From an uncultured Opitutus sp. (lineage in GTDB: Bacteria; Verrucomicrobiota; Verrucomicrobiia; Opitutales; Opitutaceae): a stretch of 32,883 nucleotides of DNA. The DNA lies in assembly GCA_964450575.1 (NCBI GenBank), contig CAYVDZ010000001.1:1-32883 (forward strand), written 5' to 3'. Position numbers and translations under genes: made by a program. Below the pieces are notes generated by a model. That model was not told the origin of the DNA. It saw only the letters and a list, made by a program, of their open reading frames with translations, and did no database searches. The first letter of the stretch is position 1, and each line of letters opens with the position of its first letter. Shown in pieces: positions 18,433 through 27,900 of this stretch.

Positions 18433-21400
18433 ATGAGTGCCAACGAACCACAGGAAAGCGTGGCCATCATCGGGATGGCAGGCCGGTTTCCGCAGGCGCA
18501 CTCGGTTGAGGCGTTCTGGCGGAACCTGCGGGACGGACGCGAGTGCGTTTCGTTCTTCGACGACGACCAGGTGCAATGGCTGCCGATCGAGTATCCGCCG
18601 CGCCTGGACGACCCGCGTTATGTGAAAGCCCGCGCCGTCATGGAGAAACCGGAGTGGTTCGATGCAGCGTTCTTTGGCATGACGCCGAAGGAGGCAGAGA
18701 TCATGGATCCACAACACCGCATCTTCCTCGAGTGCGCGTGGGAAGCGCTGGAAGACGCCGGCTGTAATCCCGAGACACACGACGGGCTGATTGGGGTTTT
18801 CGCGGGCGCGAGCCTGAACACGTACCTGTTTACCAATCTCCTCACGAACCCGGAGATGGTGAAGGAATTTGGGCTGTTCTCGTCGATGATCATGAACAGC
18901 GGAGACTTCGTGCCGACACGGGTTTCATATAAGTTCAATCTGCGCGGTCCCAGTCTCAATGTGCAGACCGCGTGTTCGACCTCGCTGGTGGCGGTGTGCC
19001 TGGCAGCGCAGAATCTTCTCAGCTATCGTTGTGATGTGGCACTCGCGGGCGGGGTTTCGATCACCTTTCCGCCTCACCGCGGACAGCATCATCAGGAGGG
19101 CGGAATTCTTTCGCCCGATGGGCACTGCCGCCCATTTGATGCGGCGGCGGCGGGGACGGTGCTGGGCGATGGCGCGGGCGTTGTCGTCTTGAAACGCCTG
19201 AGCGAAGCACAGGCCGACGGTGATAACATTCTGGCCGTGATCAAGGGCACCGCGATCAACAACGATGGGTCCGTGAAAATTGGATACACCGCACCGAGCA
19301 GCGATGGGCAGGCCGAGGTGATCGCGCTGGCGCAAGCCGAGGCGGGCGTGGCGCCGGAGACGATCTCCTATATCGAAGCGCATGGCACGGGTACGCCGCT
19401 GGGTGATCCGATCGAGATTGCCGGGCTGACCAAGGCCTTTGGACTGAAAAGCCTGAAGCCGTTTTGCGCGGTTGGTTCCGTAAAGAGTAATATTGGGCAC
19501 CTCGATATCGCGGCGGGAATAGCGGGGCTCATCAAGACGGTGCTGGCCCTGCACCACGGGGAGATTCCGCCGAGCCTGCATTTTGAGAAACCAAATCCTC
19601 AGATAGATTTTTCACTTAGCCCCTTCTTCGTGAACAGCACGCTGCGGCCATGGCCGCGTCAGGCGACGTTGCCGCGGCGGGCGGGGGTAAGTTCGTTTGG
19701 TATTGGCGGGACCAACGCGCATGTGGTGTTGGAGGAGGCGCCTGCGGCGGCTGCGGTGAGCGCGTCCCGTTCGCGACAGTTGCTGGTGCTGTCGGCAAAA
19801 ACGCCGACTGCGCTCGAGACTGCCGCCAACAATCTGGCGGAGTATTTGCAGGCGCAGTTGGACGCGAATGGGACCGCGGAAGTCGGTCTCGCGGACGTCG
19901 CGTACACCTTGCAGACCGGCCGCAAGGGGTTTGCCCACCGGCGGGCGTTGATGGTGGAGAACGTGTCCGATGCGATTCGCGCGCTCCGCGCGAAGTCTGC
20001 GCCGCGTATGGACCGGGCGCCCGCCGAAGTCGGGTCGCCGAAGGTGGCTTTTCTCTTTCCCGGTCAGGGGGCGCAGACGATCAACATGGCGCGCGGTCTT
20101 TATGAAACGGAGACCGGCTTTCGTGCCCACGTGGATCGTTGCTGCGAGCTTTTGCGTCAACCTTTGGGACTCGATTTGCGGGTCATTTTGTTTCCTGCCG
20201 TGATCGACGAGGCGGGAGCGACGCTCTTGAGCGAAACGCGGCACACCCAGCCGGCTTTGTTCGTGATCGAGCATGCGCTCGCGCAGCTTTGGATCGAATG
20301 GGGAGTGACCCCGGCCGCGATGATCGGGCATTCACTCGGCGAATACGTGGCGGCGTGTCTCGCCGGAGTGATGTCGCTCGAAGATGCGCTGGTCCTGGTG
20401 GCCGAGCGGGGGCGCCTGATGCAGGCTCAACCGCCTGGCGCGATGCTGGCGGTACGGCAGTCGGAGGAACAAGTGAGGCCGTTTTTGGCCGGCAATAATT
20501 TGGCGCTCGCGGCGGTTAACGCTCCGGGCTTGTGCGTCGTTTCCGGACCATTCGATGCCGTTGAAGTCATGGAGCGGAAACTTGCCGCGGGCGCCATTCC
20601 TTTCAAACGCCTCGCGACGTCGCACGCGTTTCACTCGCCAATGATGGACCCGGTGCTCGCGCCCCTGGCGGGCGTTCTCAGCCGGATTACCCTGCATCCG
20701 CCGAAGCTGCCCTGGGTGTCGAATGTGACGGGCACGTGGATCACGCCGGAGCAAGCCACGAGTGCGGCGTACTGGATGAGTCACGTCCGGCAGACCGTGC
20801 GCTTCGCCGCAGGTATCGAGGAAATCATTATACGGGGGCACGCGGTATTGCTCGAAGTCGGACCCGGTCGGACCTTGGCCGGACTCGTCCGCCAGCATCC
20901 CGCGTTCACGAAATCCGGGGTGACCGTGGTGGCTTCGCTCGGTCGGACGCGGGACGGCGACGTGGGTTCCGACTCCGACATTGCGGCCGTGCTGAGCGCG
21001 CTCGGTGAGTTGTGGACCGCGGGCGTTGTTCCGCACTGGCGCGCGGGCTTCCATCGCCACGAGCAGCGTCGGATCGTGCCGCTGCCGACGTATCCCTTCG
21101 AACGGAAGCGTTATTGGATCGAGCCCGCGGCAGGGACGATCAGCTTCGTCGAAGGAGCACCGCAGGAGCACGGAGGGGCGAAGACACGTGAGCCCGCGCC
21201 ATGCCGCCGGGAAACGTTGAATACGCCCCCGACCGGAGCAGATGCGATCTCTTCGGGGATGATTGAGCGGGTGACCACCATGCCAACGACGCTCGACACG
21301 CTTCGGGCTATATTCGAGGAACTGTCCGGAATTGATCTGCAGCAGGCCGGTTCGGACCAGACGTTTTATCAACTCGGTTTTGATTCACTCTTTTTGACGC

Positions 21401-24400
21401 AGGCGAGCCGGGCGGTGTCGGAACGGTTTCAGGTCGAGGTGACATTTCGCCAATTGCGCGAGGAGCTTTTGACCCTGGGAAAGTTGGCCGGGTACCTCGA
21501 TTCGAATCAGGCCCGCGAGTTGGGCGGAACGGTTGGCGCGCGTTCCGAAACGAACCGGGTACAGTCGGTTGCGCTGGAACAGCGGTTGCCGCTGACGGAC
21601 GCGCAGCAAGAGATGTGGTTTGCGACCCAGTTGGGGTCAGCGGTGGCCTCGGCGTATCATGAAGAGGCCACGTTGCACTTAAGCGGCTCCTTGTACGTGC
21701 CGGCGCTGCATCGGGCATTGGAGCGCCTGGTGGCGCGTCACGAGTCGCTTCGCACCACGTTCAATTCCTCCGGGCAGGAGCAGATTATTGTTTCCGCGCG
21801 GGAGGTTTCGTTGCCGCTGCGGGATCTGAGTGATGGCCTGGCCGAGGACATCGAGGCGGATGCGATCCGGGCGGCGCAGCAGGAAATCGATCGTGCCTTT
21901 GATCTCGTAGCGGGCCCGCTTTTCCGTGGGACCTTGCTGCGGCTGGACACCGAGCGGCACGTGCTTGTACTCGTCGTGCATCATATCATTTGCGATGGCT
22001 GGTCGCTCGGGACGCTCGTACGGGAGCTCGCCGAATTTTATACGGCTGAAATTGAAGGCCGGCCGACGATCCTTTCCGCGCCGGTGGTGAGCGGCGGAGA
22101 CGAGGGCGAATCCGTGACGCGACGCCGGAGCGCGGCCAAGGCGGAAGCGGAAGTGTTCTGGCTGGAACAGTTTTCCCGGGGTGTTCCCGTGTTGGAGTTG
22201 CCGGCGGATCGGGCGCGACCGACTCAGCGGACTTACGCCGGCGGGTTCGCGCTGCACGCCCTCGATCCGGAGGTAGCGGTGGCGATGAAGCGGCTGTGCG
22301 CGCAGCATGGCTGCACCTTGTTCACCGCCTTGCTCGCGTCGTTCAACGTGCTGCTGCACCGGTTGAGTGATCAGGACGACCTGGTCGTGGGCGTGCCGGC
22401 GGCAGCTCAGGTGATGAGCGGGAGAGGTGACCAGGTGGGACACTTCGCGAACCTGCTGGCGGTGCGTAGCCAAATTATCAATACGGAGACGTTTGCGGAG
22501 TATCTGGACGCCGTGCGCGGTCACCTCAGCGAGGCGTTGGACCATTGGCAGTATCCGTTCAGCGCCCTGGTGCAGCGGCTCAAGCTGCCGCGGGATTCCA
22601 GCCGGATGCCGCTGGCCAACGTAGTTTTCAATTCGAGTCAGCTGCGCGGCTCGCTCGATTTTTCCGGACTGCGAGTCGAGGCGACGGTGACTCCCAAGCG
22701 CTTTGTCGCGTTCGATCTCAACGTCAATTTTGCGGTGAGTGATAACGGCATTTCCCTTGGTTGTTACTATAGCCGGGAACTCTTCGACGGCGCGACCATC
22801 ATCCGCTGGATCGGCCACTTCGAGACGCTGTTAGGCGCGATCGCCAAGGACCCGGAAACACCGCTCGGTACCTTGGAGATGGTGACTCCGAACGAACGGG
22901 AAATGCAGGTGGAGCGCTGGAACGCCACCTGGGAGGAGTATCCGCGCGAGTGCGGTAGTCATTCAATGTTTTTTGCGGAAGCGGAGCGGGCGCCCCACGC
23001 CGTGGCGCTGGTGCACGGCGCCGCCGAGCTCAGTTATGGAGAGTTGGCGAGGCGGGCCGACGTTTTGGCTGATCTCTTGCGGGGATTGGGCGTGGGGCCG
23101 GACGTCCCTGTGGGAATCTGCCTCGAGCGTTCGTTCGCCATGATTGTGGCGGTGCTTGCAACCCTGCGGGCGGGCGGAGCGTATGTGCCGCTCGATCCGG
23201 GTTATCCGGCGGACCGGTTGGCGTTCATGCTCGAAGACTCGGGGGCGCCGCTGTTGTTGACGCAGCGCGCACTGCGCGAGCGGGCAGGTTCTCCGGCAGG
23301 TTTGAAAACGATGTGCGTGGATGAAAACGGTGAAGTGGACGAAATGGGCAACGAAGCGACGCCCGCAACCGGTCGGCTTTCGTTTGGAAAGGACACGGAT
23401 CCCGACCCGGAGCATCTCGCCTATATTATTTATACCTCCGGCTCCACCGGGAAACCCAAAGGCGTCGCGATGCCTCACCGCGCGCTCGGAAATCTGATCT
23501 CCTGGCAGCTGCGGGCTTCGAAGATAGGACGGGGCGGGCGAACTTTGCAGTTCTCGTCGTTGAGCTTCGACGTTTCGTTTCAAGAGATCTTCGCGACGCT
23601 TTCCGGCGGTGGAACCCTCGTCCTGGTGGATGATCACGTGCGCCGCGATACGCGGGCGTTATGGCGTCTCCTGTTGCAGCAACGGATTGAACGGTTGTTT
23701 CTGCCTTTTGTCGCGCTGCAGCAACTTGCGGAAGCATTTCGTCCGGGCGACGGGGCCGGGTCCTCTCTGCGTGAAGTGATCACCGCGGGCGAGGCGTTGC
23801 AGATCACGCCCCGAATCGCGTCCATGTTCGACGCGCTGCGGCTTTGCACCTTGCATAACCAGTACGGTCCCAGTGAAACCCATGTTGCATCCGAATACCT
23901 GATACCAGGAGCCGCGCCGACGTGGGAGGCGCGTCCCCCGATCGGCCGGCCGATTGCGAACCTGGAAATTTACCTGTTGGATTCCCGGTTTCAGGTGGTT
24001 CCCATTGGCGTGGCGGGAGAGCTTTTTATTGGGGGCGCCGGGCTCGCTCGCGGATACTGGCGGGATGAGGACATGACGAGAGCCAGATTTGTGCCGCATC
24101 CGTTTCGGGCGGACGCGCGACTGTATCGAACCGGCGATCGGGCGCGATATCGAGCGGACGGCTCCATTGATTTCCTCGGTCGCACGGACCAGCAGGTGAA
24201 GTTTAATGGATATCGGATCGAGCCTGGTGAGATTGAAGTCGCCCTGGCCCGGCATCCGGCGGTGGGTGAGTGTGCCGTGGTGGTGCGCGAACTGGCCGGT
24301 GAGCCGCGACGGCTGGTGGCATATGTGGTGCCCGGCGCGAGTCAGCCGGAGCCGGAGAAGCTTCGCCGGCATCTCCAGCAATCACTGCCCGACTATATGG

Positions 24401-24825
24401 TGCCGGCGACTTTTGTGATTCTGAAGGCACTGCCGCTTACCCCCAGTGGGAAGGTGGATCGCCGCGCGCTGCCGGCTCCGGTGCTGGATGCGGCGGCCGG
24501 GGACACGGAGTCCGCACCGCGGAGCATGGCGGAGGAACTCCTGGCCCAGATCTGGGGCGAGGTCCTTTGTCTGGAGCAGGTCGACGTGCACGCGAATTTC
24601 TTCGAACTCGGCGGGCATTCACTGCTGGCCACGCAGGTGATCACGCGGGTGCATGACGCCTTGGAGGTCGAGTTGCCGCTTGCACGATTTTTTATTGTAC
24701 CGACGATCGCGCAACTCGCGCCCGTGCTCGAAGAGCTGCTTTTGGAGGACATCAAGGCGGCCGCGCACTCCGAGCGCGATTCCCTCGCCACTTCGGTGAT
24801 GGCGGCCCCCAACGAAAGACGATGA
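18433..24825 (+). CDS. Hybrid PKS-NRPS: KS-AT(malonyl)-ACP-C-A(Pro-like, DVQFIAQVAK)-T
   Basis: KS: VQTACSTS, HGTGT, KSNIGH; AT: GHSLGEY, HAFHS; ACP: LGFDSLFL; C: HHIICDGWS; A: FDVSFQE, NQYGPSETHV; T: FFELGGHSL. No KR/DH/ER/MT motifs, and no room for them between AT and ACP. Confidence 0.94.
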   Translation: MSANEPQESVAIIGMAGRFPQAHSVEAFWRNLRDGRECVSFFDDDQVQWLPIEYPPRLDDPRYVKARAVMEKPEWFDAAFFGMTPKEAEIMDPQHRIFLECAWEALEDAGCNPETHDGLIGVFAGASLNTYLFTNLLTNPEMVKEFGLFSSMIMNSGDFVPTRVSYKFNLRGPSLNVQTACSTSLVAVCLAAQNLLSYRCDVALAGGVSITFPPHRGQHHQEGGILSPDGHCRPFDAAAAGTVLGDGAGVVVLKRLSEAQADGDNILAVIKGTAINNDGSVKIGYTAPSSDGQAEVIALAQAEAGVAPETISYIEAHGTGTPLGDPIEIAGLTKAFGLKSLKPFCAVGSVKSNIGHLDIAAGIAGLIKTVLALHHGEIPPSLHFEKPNPQIDFSLSPFFVNSTLRPWPRQATLPRRAGVSSFGIGGTNAHVVLEEAPAAAAVSASRSRQLLVLSAKTPTALETAANNLAEYLQAQLDANGTAEVGLADVAYTLQTGRKGFAHRRALMVENVSDAIRALRAKSAPRMDRAPAEVGSPKVAFLFPGQGAQTINMARGLYETETGFRAHVDRCCELLRQPLGLDLRVILFPAVIDEAGATLLSETRHTQPALFVIEHALAQLWIEWGVTPAAMIGHSLGEYVAACLAGVMSLEDALVLVAERGRLMQAQPPGAMLAVRQSEEQVRPFLAGNNLALAAVNAPGLCVVSGPFDAVEVMERKLAAGAIPFKRLATSHAFHSPMMDPVLAPLAGVLSRITLHPPKLPWVSNVTGTWITPEQATSAAYWMSHVRQTVRFAAGIEEIIIRGHAVLLEVGPGRTLAGLVRQHPAFTKSGVTVVASLGRTRDGDVGSDSDIAAVLSALGELWTAGVVPHWRAGFHRHEQRRIVPLPTYPFERKRYWIEPAAGTISFVEGAPQEHGGAKTREPAPCRRETLNTPPTGADAISSGMIERVTTMPTTLDTLRAIFEELSGIDLQQAGSDQTFYQLGFDSLFLTQASRAVSERFQVEVTFRQLREELLTLGKLAGYLDSNQARELGGTVGARSETNRVQSVALEQRLPLTDAQQEMWFATQLGSAVASAYHEEATLHLSGSLYVPALHRALERLVARHESLRTTFNSSGQEQIIVSAREVSLPLRDLSDGLAEDIEADAIRAAQQEIDRAFDLVAGPLFRGTLLRLDTERHVLVLVVHHIICDGWSLGTLVRELAEFYTAEIEGRPTILSAPVVSGGDEGESVTRRRSAAKAEAEVFWLEQFSRGVPVLELPADRARPTQRTYAGGFALHALDPEVAVAMKRLCAQHGCTLFTALLASFNVLLHRLSDQDDLVVGVPAAAQVMSGRGDQVGHFANLLAVRSQIINTETFAEYLDAVRGHLSEALDHWQYPFSALVQRLKLPRDSSRMPLANVVFNSSQLRGSLDFSGLRVEATVTPKRFVAFDLNVNFAVSDNGISLGCYYSRELFDGATIIRWIGHFETLLGAIAKDPETPLGTLEMVTPNEREMQVERWNATWEEYPRECGSHSMFFAEAERAPHAVALVHGAAELSYGELARRADVLADLLRGLGVGPDVPVGICLERSFAMIVAVLATLRAGGAYVPLDPGYPADRLAFMLEDSGAPLLLTQRALRERAGSPAGLKTMCVDENGEVDEMGNEATPATGRLSFGKDTDPDPEHLAYIIYTSGSTGKPKGVAMPHRALGNLISWQLRASKIGRGGRTLQFSSLSFDVSFQEIFATLSGGGTLVLVDDHVRRDTRALWRLLLQQRIERLFLPFVALQQLAEAFRPGDGAGSSLREVITAGEALQITPRIASMFDALRLCTLHNQYGPSETHVASEYLIPGAAPTWEARPPIGRPIANLEIYLLDSRFQVVPIGVAGELFIGGAGLARGYWRDEDMTRARFVPHPFRADARLYRTGDRARYRADGSIDFLGRTDQQVKFNGYRIEPGEIEVALARHPAVGECAVVVRELAGEPRRLVAYVVPGASQPEPEKLRRHLQQSLPDYMVPATFVILKALPLTPSGKVDRRALPAPVLDAAAGDTESAPRSMAEELLAQIWGEVLCLEQVDVHANFFELGGHSLLATQVITRVHDALEVELPLARFFIVPTIAQLAPVLEELLLEDIKAAAHSERDSLATSVMAAPNERR

Positions 24826-24976
24826 TGCGAATCCACCACCAATTCTGTCTTTTGCCCACTTCAGTTGCCAACCCGGAGCGGCTTCACGGGTGCCACCGAT
24901 GGTCAGCGGGCGAACTCGACGGCACGATTCGCTGTCGGTGCGGATGGGGAGGCATCGGCGCTGCCAAGGAATGCCG

Positions 24977-27900
24977 ATGACCGCTGAGCAACAAATCCGT
25001 CGATCAGAAATGGAAGCCACCGGTTCACAACGCGCACTCATGGAACAACGGCTGTTGCGCGCCCGTCAAGCGACTGCCCGCGGTTCGGATGCGCGCTCTT
25101 CCATTCCTCGTCGGCCACCGGATTCAGCCATGCTTCCGTCGTTTGCGCAGGAGCGGTTGTGGTTTCTTGATCAACTGGAGCCGGGCAGCGCGGTCTATAA
25201 TCTTTGTCAGGCGGTGCGCTTGCGAGGTGACCTGGACCTTCCGGCGCTGGAGCATGCCCTGAACGAGATCGTGCGACGGCACGAAGTGCTGCGGGCGAAT
25301 TTTGTGCTGACTGAAGGCCGGCCGGTGCACGTCGTCGCGAAGACCCGGGTGCTTCCGGTTCGGGTGGTGGAGGTGAGTTCGACGGATGCGGCCGGGCTGG
25401 AACGGGCGTTGCACGAGAAATTGCAGGAGGAGTCGCGCCGGCCGTTTGATTTCGCGAACGACCTCTTGATTCGTGCTGTGGTCATCCGGGCGGGTCCGAC
25501 TGACCACACCTTATTGCTGACGATGCACCACATCATTTCCGATGGGTGGTCGCTCGGGATTCTGTTTCGCGAACTCGCGCAGCTCTATCCGGCTGCGTGC
25601 AACGGTGGGGTTTCGCCGCTGGCGGAGTTGCCGCTGCAGTTTGCCGACTACGCGCGATGGGAGCGTGAGCAGATGCAAGGGCCAACGCTGGAGCACACGC
25701 TGGCGTACTGGAAGAAGCAGCTTGGTGGACCTCTCCCCGCGCTTGAGTTCCCACTCGATCACCCGAGGCCTGCGGGGGCGACGGCGCGAGGCGGGTTGCA
25801 GTCGGTCACGCTCTCGCGGGAGTTGACCGAGGCGATCAAGGCGATGGGTCAGCAGGAAGGCGCGACGCTTTTCATGACCTTGCTGGCGGTGCTTCAGGTG
25901 CTGCTGTTTCGTTGGACTGGCGAGCAGGATGTCGTGGTGGGAACGGTGGTGGCGGGCCGGCGGCGAATTGAGCTCGAGAAACTATTGGGATTTTTCGTCA
26001 ACACGCTCGTTTTGCGCACCGACCTTGGAGGCAGTCCGAGTTTCCGGACGCTCCTGGCGCGGGTGCGGGAGACGTCACTCGCGGCGATGGCGCATCAGGA
26101 TCTACCCTTCGATGTATTGGTAAAAGAACTACGGCCGGATCGCGCGGTGAGTCGAAATCCACTTTTCCAAGTGATGTTCGTACTGCAGAACGCGCCCATG
26201 ACCCCGGCGGAATTGACCGGGCTTACGCTTGAGCCGGTGGACGTGGATACCGGTACCACGAAATTCGACCTGACTCTCGCCGTCGTCGAGACGCCGGATG
26301 GGCTGCGGGCGGGATTTGAATACAACGCGGACGTCTTCGAGGCGGATACGATCGCGCGGTTGCTGGGCTCTTATAGAACACTGCTCGAAAGCAGCATTGC
26401 CGACCCTGAGCGCTCGATCGCTGAGCTGGAGATCCTGAATGCGGAGCAGAAGCGGATCTTGCTCCGGGATTGGAATCGGACGGAGCGGGCTTTCCCGCGG
26501 GAGCGGACGATCCCTGCGTTGGTGGAGGATCAAGTGAACCGGGTTCCAGATGCAATCGCACTGAGGTGCGGCGACCGGACGCTCACGTATCAAGAGTTGA
26601 ATACGCGAGCCAATCAGCTGGCGCATCGGCTGCGGCGTTGGGGCGTGGGACCGGATACGCTGGTCGCGATCTGCCTCGAGCGATCCCCCGAGATGATTGT
26701 CGCGGTGCTGGGAATCTTGAAAGCCGGGGGAGCGTATGTCTCACTGGACCCATCCTATCCGGGAGAGCGGCTCGCGTTCATGCTGGCGGATTCCCTTGCT
26801 CCGGTGGTTCTAACGGTGGAGCGTTTGCGCGGGACCGTGCCCGAGCTGGATCCACTCAAGCCGGCGCCGCGTGTTTTTAGAATGGATACGGAGTGGTCCC
26901 AGCTCGGACGGGAGGAAACGAGAAATCCTGCTGCGATCGCGGGTCCGGCACACCTGGCTTATGTCAGCTATACCTCGGGATCGACGGGTCAGCCAAAGGG
27001 AGTCGCCATCACCCATCGCTCGGTGCTTCGGCTGCTGTTGAACGCGGATTATATCAAACTGGGGCCCGACGAGGTCATCGCGCAGATGGCGAATTGTGCG
27101 TTTGATGCTTCGACGTTTGAGATCTGGGGCGCGTTGTTGCACGGCGGCCAGCTGGCGATTTTGCCGGCTGCGATCGTGCTCTCGCCGGGCGATCTGGCGA
27201 CGGCGTTGGAGACGCAGGGAGTGACGACGTTGTTTGTGACGACGGCGCTCTTCAATCAGTTGGTGGAAGTGAAGCCGGATATTTTCCGCAGCCTTCGGCA
27301 GGTGCTCTTTGGTGGAGAAGCGGTCAATCCGGCACGAGTCCGGGATGTCCTGCGATGCGGTCCCCCCGGACGCTTGCTGCACGTGTATGGTCCGACGGAG
27401 GCCACCACCTTTGCCACGTGGTGGGAAGTACGCGACGTGCCGGCGAATGCGGTCACCCTTCCGATCGGACGGCCGTTGGCGAATACCACGGCGTATGTGT
27501 TCGATGAGCGGCGGCAACCGGTGCCGGTCGGGGTGGCGGGCGAACTCTATATTGGGGGCGAGGGATTGGCGCGGGGGTACTGGCGGCGGCCGGAACTCGA
27601 TCGTGAACGCTTCGTGGCGCATCCGTACGATTCGGATCCGGCGGAGCGCCTTTATCGGACGGGTGATCGGGTTCGCTGGCGGGCGGATGGCGCACTGGAG
27701 TTTCTGGGGCGCTTCGACCGGCAGGTGAAGATTCGCGGCTTTCGCATCGAGCCCGGCGAGATTGAGAGTGCGCTGCAACGGCACCCGCGTGTGCGGCAAA
27801 GCGTGGTCGTGGTAAAGGAAACCGCTTCTGGCGAGCATCAACTCATCGCCTATGTGGCGGCGGAGCGGAAGCCAGCCCCGAGCGGAGCAGACCTCCGCCA

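Noticed and set aside
18348-24976. Small GC-rich hairpins in the intergenic gaps 18348-18432 and 24826-24976
   Set aside because: Short stems without U-tracts are expected at this GC content.
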